Program-made: the position numbers and the translations under genes
Assembly: GCF_006345805.1 (NCBI RefSeq)
Contig: NC_043015.1
Coordinates: 2,046,001-2,110,000, forward strand
From: Octopus sinensis
Taxonomy: Eukaryota
Length of the DNA stretch: 64,000 nucleotides
Direction: 5' to 3'
In this document: positions 38,900 to 52,156 of the stretch, one piece after another
Numbering within the stretch: the first letter of the stretch is position 1
How the letters are laid out: every line of letters begins with the position of its first letter
The notes under the pieces: generated by a model
Told to the model about the DNA's origin: nothing
The model's input: the letters and a program-made list of their open reading frames with translations, nothing else
The model's database searches: none

Positions 38900-39965
38900 T
38901 GTTTTTTTTTCTTCAGGTATAATGACATCTGACTGTTGAAAGAATCTTTCAAGTGTAACTTGTAGCGACTTCTCTTGAAAATTCACAATATTTGGCATAT
39001 TCATGTTGACAACCACGTACAGAAAAAGGGTTTAAATCCCAATGGCATTCATGCTGACCTGGTTGATACACTAGAGGATAAAATTCCAGCTTTACCGACA
39101 ATGCAAAAACGGGCATTTGTATTTGGGAGAGGAACGGTGAGTCTTGGAGAAGATGTAAGCTTTGGACGCCCTGCATCTGCCACCGCCGGGCAATGTATTG
39201 ATCGTATTCACCACATGGTGATGGATGACAAGTGATTTACTATAAATCAAATAGGCAGTGTTATTAGCATACCCAGTGAGATAGTTTAGAGTATTCTGCA
39301 CAATGAAGTTGATATAACAAAGGTTTCTGCTGAATGAGTGCCATGCCTTCTGCCACCTGATCAAAAGCAAACCAGGATTATCACATCACGGGAAAATTTA
39401 CAGATATAGCCAGTTCCCTTGCATGTTTTCTTACCCACAATGAGCGTTAAGTTTTTCACTTAGACCCAGAGACGAAATGATAAACCCTGCACTAGAGACG
39501 CCTGCTCTTGACCTGTGATAAAGAAGGCCAAGTTGCTTCATATGCGGGAAAGATCATGGCCTCAGATTTTGGGGATATGAAAGCATTATGTTTATTGCCT
39601 GTCTTCAAAAAGTCTACGCCGATAATGGACATACCAAATTGCTGAGGCAGCTTTCGGTTTCAAATTTTACTGTACGACACTGCATCATGAACTCATTGAT
39701 CATATTCACCATTCTCTTAATTTGGCCGATTCTAACTACCAGATTTTCCTGAAGATGAAGAAATAACATTTGGTTGCGAACTATTATTGCAGTAAAGATA
39801 AAGTCATGTCCGCTGTTGATGACATTTTGCATAACATGAGGAACGGTTCTTCATCGAAGTGATCCCGGCACTGTAGCAATGAAGGAAGAAGTGTAAGGGG
39901 TAATATGTTGTCAAATAATAGGCAGCATCTTGGGCAGCGTATGAGCTTTTCATCTGATCACCGTA
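38900..39965 (+). pseudogene. Near full-length mariner transposon fossil
   Basis: KGLNPNGIHADLVDTLEDKIPALPT..GRPASAT..IDRIHHMVMDD..KVSA.VP.LL.PDQK, ELIDHIHHSLNLADSNY; right TIR-like end at ~39935-39965. Confidence 0.9.
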
Positions 39966-40518
39966 TAAACAATTTTTCGTCCAAAATTATGATTGATATA
40001 GTGAGCTGCTATCATATCTAGCAGACGAGGTGTCCAGTACTGAAGAGTGGCAAAAATAAACGTGAAACCTGGATCAATTTACCGGTCCCTTCGCTATGGA
40101 AATGGTAGGGGTTCGCTCTCCGGCCCGAAATTTTATCGGACGGAGCTCGGCATCGTTAACCAGCTAGAAGAAATATCCTCTTGGTTTAAAAATCGCAGTA
40201 AATTCTGCTCGAACGGACAGCCATCTTAAAATGGCTACATATATTACTTGATGATTTTATTTGAGTTATTTCTCAACATATGAGACTATTACTAGCACAT
40301 AAAACATTATTGTGTCTTTTAAATAATTCTTATCTCTCACCAGGTGATGGAATACATTTTTTGCTGGCCTTACCACCACTGAGCAGTACATTATATTTAG
40401 ATAAATACGTGTTTGTATTATGTGTGTTTGTATGTATGTTTATAAAGTTGCGTTTGAGGAAGCCTTCATTACACAGCTCCGTCACAAAGAATCGAAGATT
40501 AACCTACTTATTTCTAAT

Positions 40519-41354
40519 TACATGACAATATCTTCATAATGTTATGACTCATGCGATTGATAAAATATTCACCTGACAATACACTGGGATCTATATATGC
40601 AACCTGTTAATACAACACCGTGTGCTGCTACTCTTTGACCTTGGGCCAATGACAGAAAGCAGTAAATTTGTATTTTAAACTATCAGTATCACCCGGCGTT
40701 GCTCGGATTTCTAAGGGAAATAACTATATAAGCATTTTTAGAGAGTTACTTCCCTTATAGATGCCAATTCGGGCTTTCTTAGCCATTTCTGTTTTGGTGT
40801 CTTCAAGCCATGAAGTCGTTGTTCTAAAAGAACGCTGGTCTCCTTGACAACGCTTTACGACGTTGAATTCCTTACACTCCCTTCCCCACAGCTTCACGAG
40901 GGAGGGAAGAAGGGGGAGAAGCAAACAGGTGCAGCTGTGAGCGTGGACGCCAACTCCGCCGCCATCGACACACGAAAAATTATGCATTAAAATGGAATAA
41001 AAAATGATGTTAAATTATTATGAAAATCGTAGACTCATCGTAGACGCGCGCTAATACTCAGACGGGCTCGATATGAATCATGACTATAAGATACCCGAAT
41101 TTGGTTAAACTGCACCGCAAAATGTGGAAGGAGTTAGGAATCTAAATCGAAGAAGACAGACACTCACACAACTAGAGTTTTATATAGATAGAATACATGA
41201 CAATATCTTCATAACGTTATAACTCATGCGATTGATAAAATATTCACCTGACAATACACTGGGATCTATATATGCAACCTGATAATACAACACCGTTCGC
41301 TGCTACTGTTTGACCTTGGGCTAATGACTGAAAGCAGTAAATTTGTATTTTAAA
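40519..41354. repeat. 161-bp direct repeat (40519-40679 and 41194-41354) flanking the Helitron-like element
   Basis: tacatgacaatatcttc...ttgtattttaaa occurs twice, about 8 mismatches by eye. Confidence 0.95.
40679..41190 (+). mobile_element. Non-autonomous Helitron/HINE-like element
   Basis: Starts actatcagtatcacccggcgttgctcgg and ends agacagacactcacacaactagagttttatatagat, resembling termini of invertebrate non-autonomous Helitrons (from memory, not searched). Confidence 0.6.
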
Positions 41355-41894
41355 TTAAATTCACGTTTGTTTATCCAATTGGTTTTTACATTACTTTTGG
41401 TTGAGATCGAAAATCAATTATATTCCTGGGTCGTATTTAGACATTGAATATTTCTAGGTGAATTGAGCTATCTGTTAACTCCTTTGGTTGCAAATGATCA
41501 TTGAGTATAAGAGCAGTGTAGTAACACAAGAGAAAGCTTCTATAATCTCTTCTCTACGGTCTTGTTATCATTGGGAATCTATGTGTACATACACACGTAA
41601 AGGCGTCATTGTGTGTTTCTGTACCTGTGTATATCTAGCGAATGTGCGGTTGTGCGTGTGTTTGGGAGCAACAGACTAATCCATTCTTTCACCTGGCCGA
41701 TCTTGCCTTTGACTCGAGGCATTTCTTAATTCAGATATGGATTTACACTTAGCTGGTTTCTTCTGGCACATTAATTTGCTCCGTTCTGCCTAATACATTA
41801 TCTATGGGAAGCAAAACTTGGCTTCAAGACCAGAGGCTATTTTAGTGTGGAGCGCACTGGTATTCATTGCAATTTCGAATCGTATTACAAGAAG

Positions 41895-41922
41895 CGTATT
41901 ATTGTTATTATTATTATTATTA

Positions 41923-41956
<34 letters not shown>

Positions 41957-42162
41957 TATTATTATTATTATTATTACTATTACTATTATTATTATTATTA
42001 TTATTATATTATTATATTATTACTATTACTATTACTATTATTATTATTATTATTATTATATTATTATTATTATTATTATTATAATTATTATTATTATTAT
42101 TATTACTATTATTATTATTATTATTATTATTGTTATTATTATTATTATTAGTAGTAGTAGTG

Positions 42163-42205
<43 letters not shown>
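41895..42205. repeat. Compound (ATT)n + (AGT)n microsatellite
   Basis: Direct reading. Confidence 0.95.
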
Positions 42206-42857
42206 GATTGGGATAGTCGTAAATGCAGAAGTTTGGAAATAAGGCATTCTCGAGAATGTAACGGTAACGCATCATTATTTCTGATCTTTATATTCAGTCT
42301 ATTTTCAGTAGACTACCAAACCATATCAACTTACATTTTTTTTTTATATTTGTGTTTAGGTCAAAGATCAACTTTGCATGAGGGTAACGTCTCCACCGAT
42401 AAAAATCTAACTTTATTACTGTTAATTCAGGTGAAACTGTGGCCGCTTTTTGATTCATAAAAGATGATCAATATCTACCTCGGGACAAAAGTGTTACACA
42501 AACATTAAACGCTAATTGTGAGTGCTGCATAATATAGGCCACACTGGTTTGGCTCTTAAGCTGAAGGTTGGGAATTATGTTGGAGAATAAATAAATGACC
42601 TTAGATCACGCTCCTTTTCCGTTATAGCACATCTACCACTAATTTATGTCAGATTCAACGCCTGTTGAAAGCAGCTAGGAGAAGGGTCATATATGTTACA
42701 AGGACCTGAGATATTATATCATGTTTTACCCTCGTTAATTAAAATAAATGTGGCCTTTTATCTGTCGTTGTTTGTCCTCACTCTTAATACTAATTAACGT
42801 AGCAAGTCAGGAAGATATAATAAAAATTGCAAAAGCTTTCATAGTATGCGTGTGTGT

Positions 42858-42894
<37 letters not shown>

Positions 42895-42999
42895 TGTTTC
42901 CGCGCGCACACACTTAAAATACTAGATTTGCGATAAAACAAGGAAGCAAGCTGAGATGATGCATCACACATCTTTCTGTAGAGTGTCGAGAAATAAGAT

Positions 43000-43660
43000 G
43001 GGAATTATGAGATAGCAATGGGTAATGGCGTTGACTGTAATCGTTCGCTTGCTATTGTTTAGAGGGAGAGAGTGTTCACCGAAGTCTCTGGGAAGAACAG
43101 AGTTTTCGCGTCAGCAATCTAGAACTAATAATATCTACTGAAGTAAGAGAAAACCAGGCGCCTCTTGTGTATTGTGGATAAGAGAAAATATAACAAGAGA
43201 TTGGTAGTGTAGTGTAGAAATCCCAGCAGTTATTATGTTGGAGTAAAATGTATTTGATAGCGTAGAAGCTTGAAGAGCGGAGAATGAGATAGAAGGGGAG
43301 AGAGGGGGGAAATAATGAGATAGAGTGAATGAGAATAGAGGATGAGAGAGAGATGATGAAATAAAGCAAAGAAATAGAAAAGACAAGAACAAAAGAGAAT
43401 GCCGGAGAGGAGTGAAGAACATCTATGTTCCAAGTAGCGGAGGAAACGAGAGGCTGAGAGAAGAGTGACTGAACAAGTCAATGGCCAACCGAAAAACGGG
43501 ATTTGGACCGAGACATGGGAATGATCACGGGTCACATGTTAGTTGGAGGAGAAAAAAGGGTGAAGAAGGGCAGCGAAACAGAATGCAACAGTGAGGCAAG
43601 TTGTTGAGGAGGGGGGAGCAGAGAGAAAAAGAAAAGAGAAATAAGGAAAAGTACAACACT
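43000..43660 (-). mobile_element. Possible 5' region of a C/T-rich Penelope-like element
   Basis: Same purine-rich plus-strand skew as 1-744; minus strand LFKLLRYQIHFT..LLGFLH. Motif support is weak. Confidence 0.3.
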
Positions 43661-43949
43661 TTCTTGTAATACAGGGTGACAAAAAGATGGGTGCGTAGTG
43701 TTACATTAAATAAGAAGTTTCAAACATTTAACAAACCCTCAACAAACGAACGAAGAAAATTTCACACCGAAAATATAGGACATGCTTATTCGTCGTCAGC
43801 CATCGCTTAAATGCATTACAATTTCGCGCTTTTTTCGATGACATTGTTTACTTTCGGTGCTGTCAACAGTGAAAAGCCCCTGGAAATTGTGAGCGAACGT
43901 TGAGCACAGTAATGGAAACAAACACGACACAAGTAGTGGGTGTGATTAT

Positions 43950-44205
43950 AAATCACCGTCACTGTAACCGAGCAGGCTATCAGATGTTGCTACACATCGC
44001 TGGTCACAATGCGCTTCCCATGGTTTTAGCCTCCAAATTACGCCACTCCGCTGGCTAAGCGAGCAGACCAACAGAAGAAAGCGTGAGAGAAAGTTGTGGC
44101 GAAAGAGTACAGCAGGGATCGTCACCATCTCCTGCCAGAGCCTCGTGGATCTTTAGGTGTTTTCGCTCAAGAAACACTCACAACGCCCGGTCTGGGAATC
44201 GAAAG
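43950..44205 (-). mobile_element. SINE family B, tail type 3, 5'-truncated at the B-box
   Basis: gattcccagaccgggcgttgtgagtg..aaaacacctaaag core; distinct tail. Confidence 0.75.
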
Positions 44206-44734
44206 TGAATTAGCAACAATACAAAGCTGAAGTGACATTAATGTATACCCTTACAGCTGCAACAACAACGCATATTTTCCAAGTGTTACCTGCTACACGG
44301 ACTCATTGAGTGTCGGTCATTCGGAGGAAATAATCAACTACAAAGCGTGTGAATTGTTCTTGGGGTGCAAAAGGATTTGAGGATGTGATATATTTTCCTT
44401 TCAAAAACATGCCTTTCCGTATTCCATTACCTTTCTATCCTCACGTAGACACGCGCACACATAAGCATTGCCACAAGTTTTGTAGCTCCTCATATAAAGC
44501 ATATATTGTTTTCTGAGTTTGCCCAATTATTACCAATCAAAGTGAAAGGAGTGTAATCTACTTTTGAACATAATTCTAATTTGCATAGCGATTTGGATCA
44601 GTATAAAAATGTTTTTTTAGTTACAGTTTCGTCAAGAGAAGTTGTAGATATTATGTGAGTGACCGGAGGTAGAAAATAAAAGTATAAGGAAATACATTTG
44701 GAACTCTTTTTGTATTCTCATTATTGTTTGCATC

Positions 44735-44790
<56 letters not shown>

Positions 44791-44884
44791 AAAATATTAT
44801 TAGAGACAAAACCACTATTTTGAAAAACAAACAAGGAAAGACTTAATCAATACATAAAATTTTAATAAATAGTCAAAAAAACCA

Positions 44885-44927
44885 CCACTACAATTGTTTC
44901 TTGTCTTGATCGACAATCTTCAGGTGG
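44885..44927 (-). ncRNA. Intact minimal type-I hammerhead ribozyme in a PLE-like terminus (44795-44990)
   Basis: ccac CUGAAGA ttgtc gatcaa gacaa GAAA caattg UA gtgg: stem I 4 bp, stem II 5 bp, stem III palindrome ACAAUUGU, GUA site. Confidence 0.8.
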
Positions 44928-45339
44928 ACTTCCAATCTAAAATATCAATATTTTAAAATATAAAAATAATAATTTTAAAAGAATTAAAGTATGAACGAAA
45001 AAATATAAATATATAATCCATATATAACCTATATATAATCCATATATAATCAATATATAAACAATATATAAACTAAAATAAACCTATCAACAATTAAATA
45101 TAAAATATAAAATATAAAATATAAAATATAAAACAAAACAAAAAAATAATAATAATATAATAATAAACTATATATACACCCATACACATATACCTAATTA
45201 TATATAACCATATCTAACTACATACACTAAATCACACCCCTATATATATATCCCTATACATACACATAAAAACGTCTAGGCAACTATAAATAAATAAAAT
45301 AGCTAAATGCTTCAACACAATACTTATTCATACTCCCAC

Positions 45340-47010
45340 ACACACACACATACAACCCACATTCACGCTCTAGAAAACGGACATCACTTAAAATTATGAA
45401 CGGAGAAATGGAATAAATGGAATTAAAAATTATATTCACTTGGTAAAACGAACACTACTTACAAATTATTAATGAAACAATGCAATAAAACAACAGACAT
45501 CGCAAATAGACACAAATTACTACGAATTCCTCAACAAACCTACCATGATAAACCAAAACTCATAAAAACATATAATGATAAAATCTCCCTTTACTAAACT
45601 CTATAACATACCTATATAGCAATCCCCCTAACCTAAACATTCACACACAAATACACACACGTAAACCACACACCCACGACATATACAAATACCCACACCA
45701 CTTACACATACCTATACATACATATAAACCTCAACATATACTCCAAAAACCCACTCAACCCCACACAGACAAATAAACACAAAATTATGAATGGATTCTT
45801 TTACAAAACTACCATGATAAGCTAAAACTCACAAAACATAAATGATAAAACCTCCCTTTACTAAACACTATAACATACTTATATAGCAATCCCTTTAACC
45901 TATACATTCACACACAAATACACACACGTAAACCACACACCCATAACAAATACAAACACCCACCCCACTCACACACACCCACAAGTACATATAAGCCTCA
46001 ACATATACACCAAACAAAATTACTTTACCAAGGAACTTAACATATGTATAAAAAGTATAACCGCTCTGGAAACGAACATCTTTTAAAATAATGAATAGAG
46101 AAATGGAATAAATGGAATTAAAAATAATATTCACGTGGCAAAACGAACACCACTCAAAAATTATGAATGAAACAATGTAATAAAACAACCAACATCGAAA
46201 ATAGACAAATTACCACGAATTCCCTAAAAAAAACCATGATAAACCAAAACTCTTAAAAACATATAACGATAAAATCTCCCTTTTCTAAACTCTATAACAA
46301 ACCTATATAGCAATCCCCCTAACCTAAACATTCACACACAAAAACCACACACGTAAACCACAGACCACGACTTATACACATACCTATACTAACTTATAAA
46401 CCTCAATATACACCAAAAACCCACTCCTCCCCACACAGACAAATTAACACATACATCCCAAAACCTAAATAACAAACCCATATACACATTCACACACAAA
46501 CACACACACACGCAAAACACACACACACAACAGATACATATACTCCCTCACATATACGCATATACATACTCACTAAACTCGATATATACAACAATATTTA
46601 CACACCCACACTCATACAGATAAATAAATTATACAACTAAAAACTCACACACAATCTCATATACATAAACACTCCAATAAAAAACAACATTAAATACATC
46701 GTAATTAACCAGAATATCAAAAATAACAATATGACATAAGGAGAAATAAAATACATACTTACAAGTCAGTTTCAAATTATGAAGTGAAATTAAATTCTTA
46801 GCCATTAAAAAAACCAAACCAAAATTACTTTACCATAGAAATATAACTTATGTAAAAAAAGAATACGCGCCATGGAAAGTAAACGTCATTTAAAATTATG
46901 AATGGAGAAATAGAATAAATGGAACTAAAAACTATATCCACATGGCAAACCAACACTACTTAAAAAAAAATTATTATGAATGGATTCTTTAATAAAACTA
47001 CCATAATAAA
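45340..47010 (+). repeat. Nested, G-poor complex tandem repeat (units at ~45364, 46061, 46865; subunits at 45542, 45811, 46233)
   Basis: gagaaat(g/a)gaataaatggaa occurs 3 times; accatgataa..ctatatagcaatccc..cacacgtaaaccac occurs 3 times. Confidence 0.85.
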
Positions 47011-48354
47011 TTATTATATACAATTATGAGCTTTAGCTCATCTTAGCAGCTCTAACAAACAACTTGCAGTAACCCAATCTATTCTCGATGCCTGCCTTAC
47101 TACTACACTATTCCATTCCCAATTCCAAGCAACGCTAGCCCACCACCCGGTTACAATTCCCAACTCCACCCATTCATTCACAATTTCAACGACGTTCAAC
47201 TCCACAGCGCTACATATAAGCCTCAACATAATGCACTGGATTACAATATAACAGTGAATACAATGAGGTTGGGCAATCTATAAATATCTGATAAACTGCA
47301 GAAGAGATGCTGTCCAGAATGGTATTATCAGTAACCTTAGTAATGTAGACAAATGCGTCATCAAAAAATTTTCAAACAACAAAACAGAATTTGAGAAACA
47401 CAGACTATGATAATGCAAGAGACGGCTTCAGGCATAAACACATTCGTACAATGGCAGACAGGAAAGAATAATGTTTGAAAGTGAATACTAGAAATAAGAA
47501 ATAACAATGTATACAAAAAGAACTGATAACACTGCCAACAAAAGCGCGCCGCATTTTTCAAACACCCTTGGTCAAAAGAGTGGCTTAGTTTCAGCCAGCT
47601 GAGTTAAGAACTAATTAAATAAATTGTTTATAATCTGACTAATGATTGTGTAGAAGAAAAATAAATAAATTTACCATTGGTAATAGATAAATAAATAAAT
47701 GTGTATTCCCAGGAGTATATATGTATGGGATAGAGAAGTAGCTTAGTTAAGAGACAAAATGTGATAGAATAGTGATTCAGTTGGAAGTGGCAAACGGGAA
47801 TACAGAAGAGAATATCTATTGAGGGATAAAAACAGGGGATCCAGGCCACACACATTTTGAGTTTTTGCTCAGCAATACAGGGGTTTAGAATATGGGCAAT
47901 GATTCTCCATCTTGGCATTTTGGTCACGTTTGTGGATATATGGTGATGATGGAATTTAGTCACAACAACAAACAGTTTATTGGAATCTGTATTGTTATGC
48001 TGGAGTCTATTTCCACCGCATCATCCTATGATGAATATGAGGTGATGGCTAATGAAAATGTTAGGAATCTAATATGGTACGAAATGAAGGACGGGCAATA
48101 AACGGGTGAATACAGACAAAAAGAAGGCAAATAAAACGTATTGAATTCCTCGTGAAAACGCCCTGGAACCGATAGAGGGTTGAATTTCAAAATAATCTGA
48201 AAGAGCTTAGCGTATGTATTTTATATTAATCCAAATTTCACAAACTAATCAATCATTGTGCTCATTGCAGGTGAAATAATCGTGTATCAGTTTCTACACC
48301 AAGCTAATAAGTTGTTCCTTCAATATATTACAGAGATTGTATTTCTACACACAT

Positions 48355-48386
<32 letters not shown>

Positions 48387-48388
48387 TC

Positions 48389-48826
48389 TACATTATTTAC
48401 ATTATTTACATTCGACGAATATTTGTCCTCATCTTGTGTGTTGCTAACAACGTTTCGGCTGAAATACCCTCCAGCCTCCTTCAGGTGTCTTGGGGAAATT
48501 TCGAACCTGGATTCTTATTCCTAAGGTATTTTTCAATCTTATTATGCCCGTTGGCATATGGCGTAATGATTAAGAGCGTGAGCTACTAACCCCAATATTC
48601 CGAGTTCGACTCTAAGCAGTGACCTGAACACAATAATAATAATATCGAAAAATACCTTGGGAATGAGAACCCAGATTCCTAAATTTCCCAAAACACCTGA
48701 AGAAGGTTGGAGAGTATATCAGCCGAAACGTTGTGTTAACAACAAACAAGATGAGAACAAATATTAGTCGAATGTAAATAATGTAATTAATGTACATTAT
48801 TCCTCATCTCTTAAATATAGAACTAT
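48389..48826. mobile_element. Full HHR-SINE (plus, 48556-48826) preceded by an inverted copy of its 3' half (minus, 48389-48545)
   Basis: A-box tggcgtaatga, B-box gagttcgactc, short (AAT)n, HHR, complete tail ttaaatatagaact. The inverted copy lacks the last ~30 nt. Confidence 0.9.
48692..48737 (+). ncRNA. Minimal type-I hammerhead ribozyme (SINE family)
   Basis: aacac CUGAAGA a ggttg..cagcc GAAA CGUU gtgtt. Confidence 0.75.
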
Positions 48827-49074
48827 ACATATTTCGTTGTTATAAATTTAGCTCTAACTATTGGCAATTTTATGCGACTACAGTAACGTAGCATACGTTG
48901 TTTACGCAGGTAGACTGATGTTGATCAATTTTATCACGGTAAAAACACGTAATTAGTATCCAAATACAAAGTAGCCATATTTCCATCGCAACTTTTTATC
49001 ATATTTCATTTTGTTTCACCTGATATTTTCATGTTATCTCACATAACGTACATTCCTTTAGACTGAACATTATT

Positions 49075-49288
49075 CACTTTTACTCTTTTACTCTTTTACT
49101 TGTTTGAGTCATTTGACTGTTGCAATGTTGGAGCACCGCTTGTAGTCGAGCAAATCGACCCCAGGTCTTATTATTTGTAAGCCTAGTACTTATTCTATCG
49201 GTCTCATTTGCCGAACCGCTAACTTATGGGGGACGTAAACACACCAGCATCGATTGTCAAGCGATGTTGGGGGATAAACACATACACA

Positions 49289-49331
<43 letters not shown>

Positions 49332-49508
49332 ACACATATATATATATACGGCAGGCTTCTTTCAGTTTCCGTGTACCAAATCCACTCACAAGGCTTTGGT
49401 CGGCCCGAGGCTATAGAAGACACTTGCCCAATGTGCCATGCAATGGAACTGAACCCGAAACCATGTGGTTGGTGAGGAAGCTGCTTACCACTTAACCACT
49501 CCTGCACC
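49075..49508 (-). mobile_element. SINE family A, full length
   Basis: Homologous to 24193-24662. Confidence 0.9.
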
Positions 49509-50401
49509 TAAGAACATACGATTGGTTGTTTATTTCTGTGTTAACTGCTGGAATCATATAAAGAAATGTTTATCCCAGAAAATTGTTACAGTTGAAGCAA
49601 TCAAGTAAAACTAAGCGAAAGAAAAGCGGATTAAATTTTGTTTTCAAAAGACAATAGCAAAATGTAATCACCCCAGGAGTTGGAAAGTCCTAAGAAGTGT
49701 TCCATTAGTTTGCGAAACCAGTGTCGTTAAACGATCAAAGGTAATGGAGAGGTTTAAAGTGATATCCAGGCGAATGGAGTGAATCACGTCGGCCTAACAT
49801 ATGTATCAAAATCGAATACGACACCATGACTTATGTCGCTCGAGAAAAAGGTCTGGCAGAGCTAAGTAGAGATATCGAACCGGTACTGTCGCCAGGGCTA
49901 TATACAATGACATAGATAAGGTTTGACGGATTTGGCATCTGTCTGGTTTTCCTCGGCTGGAAAGCAGCAAAAACAAAGGAGGTAGACAGGCTAATTGAAA
50001 CAAATACCTTATGGCTAGAGAGAGTTGTTTTACCTGATATGGAAGAAAAAATGTCCATTGTAAATCTACAGCCTACGACAGAAAAACGTTTTTAAAAATT
50101 AGTGGAGAAATCGCACCAAAATTATTAAAAATGCATAAAAGGCATTACTAACCAAATGGATTATTTCAGTTGTGTTGGAATTGTTCTTGATTTAGGGTAG
50201 AAAGCCAAGTTGTCACTCAAGCGTGAAACAATTAGGTGATAATATAGATCACAACAAACCGATGCCGGTAAGATTAATGTTAGCTGTACCGAAATAAATA
50301 AATAAACAGAAATCGTTCTTCCATTAGATTTCAACGCACAACATAGACAATGTGTATATATATCAGCAAAGATTTGGTCTGATGTTTTAATGTAAATATA
50401 A

Positions 50402-50566
50402 GGCTCAGGAGTGGCTATGTGGTAAGTAGCTTGCTTATTACCAACTGCATGATCATGGGTTCATTCCCACGGCGTGGCATCTTGGGCAAATGTTTTCCAC
50501 TATAGCCTCGGGCCGACCAAAGCCTTTTAGTGGATTTGGTAGACGGAAACTGGTAGAAGCCCGTCG

Positions 50567-50661
<95 letters not shown>

Positions 50662-50885
50662 ATCATTGTTTGTCTGTGTTTGACCCCCAACGTCGCTTAA
50701 CAACCGATGCTGGTGTGTTTATGTCCCCGTAACTTAGCGGTTCGGCAAAAGAGACCGACATAATAACTACTAGGCTTATAAAGAATAAGTCCTGGGGTCG
50801 ATTTGCTCGACTAGAAGCGGTGCTCCATCATGGCCGCAGTCAAATGACTGGAACAAGTAAAAGAATAAATAAGAATAAAAGAAGT
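50402..50885 (+). mobile_element. SINE family A, full length
   Basis: caggagtggctatgtggtaag head, B-box gggttcattccc, internal (TA)n(TG)n, tail. Confidence 0.9.
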
Positions 50886-51324
50886 AGGGATTGTCTTTGA
50901 AATTGTCTCTGTTATATGAGTTTCAGTAGAAAATATATGATTAAGTATGTTATGGAAATAAAATGTTTCCTATTTGAAAGTTGTACAACTCGTGAAAAAT
51001 GTCAACCTCGACTTTTTCTTTTAGAATTTATTAAAAAAGCAAACAAATGTTTCATATCTTGCCGTCATACATTGTGGCATTTGCTACTACAAACAAATAC
51101 AGTGGCAATCCCAATATAAGTCATATATGTCGTGGTTCCTTAGTTCATATATTTGTTACCAACTATTTTGCATGGCTCTTTAGGCATTTTCTACCTGGTT
51201 AATCTAATGCCTTGTAAATGGAATTTAGCGTTAGATTTACATTTAAGGCTGCAATATATCAGATATTATATTCGCTCAATTTATAATTTATGCGCCCTTC
51301 TCAAGCTTAGCCAGGCTCATGGGC

Positions 51325-51592
51325 CCTGTTTGCCGGTTTCTGTGGCGTATGTGTTCCCCCCCAACCGGACGCGACTCCAGGCCATCGCAGCGTTACTCAA
51401 GAAACAGGAAGAAAAAGAGAGAGAAAGTTGGGGTGAAAGAGTACAACAGGGGTTGCCACCCACCCTGCCGGAGCATCGTGGGGCTTTAGGTAATTGCGCT
51501 CAATGAACACACACAACGCCCGGTCTGGACATTGAAACCGCGATCCTCCGACCGCGAGTTCTCTGCTCTAACCACTGGGCCATTGCGCCTCC
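51325..51592 (-). mobile_element. SINE family B, tail type 4
   Basis: Complete tRNA-like head; tail ctgcgatggcctgg..agaaaccgg, L2/CR1-like. Confidence 0.8.
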
Positions 51593-51974
51593 ACATATTA
51601 GCTCAATCCCATTGATTAATCAGATGATGAAATATGGAAGATGGACTTTAGGTTACAGTAGATTTACATATATGTCTACGGCGTAATTATATTCTGCTGA
51701 TAGAAGTAAAATGCCTTTTTTCCTACAGTCAATATCTTCGAAGATATATGTTGTATGTGTACTATTTTGATTACTGCAAATATTCCTGATTTGTAAATAT
51801 CAGGATATTGCGTATATTTTGTCGGTCCAGACCAAATAAACAACTAAAACTATTCCCGAATTAAACCATATTATCATAAAATAAAGGAATGTTCTTTAAT
51901 ATATCATGTAGACTATTGAAAGTTTTAGAAAAATACAAATAAGAAATAAGTGAAAATTTTAACGGTGAATGTTT

Positions 51975-52156
51975 TAAATTATAAAGTACAAAATGAAAAT
52001 GACTCTTCCCAGACACAGCGGAATATGCTTCAACACATGAACTCATATAAAGAATCTTGCAAACCAAATCCAAAAACGAAATATGTAGACGAAGATACTC
52101 AAAATTAACTTGCTGGGTAAGGCTACTATTATTTTGATTATACGTGTACACTATGA
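51975..52156 (+). mobile_element. Short LINE-like RT fragment; inverted sister copy at 55249-55430
   Basis: THIKNLANQIQKRNM*.KILK..LLG resembles the RT thumb of I/Jockey-group LINEs. The two copies are clearly homologous. Confidence 0.45.

Noticed and set aside
49770-50100. ~110-codon frame with one stop (RPNICIKIEY...KTKEV..LERV)
   Set aside because: Only vague similarity to LINE RT; no diagnostic YADD or other motif.
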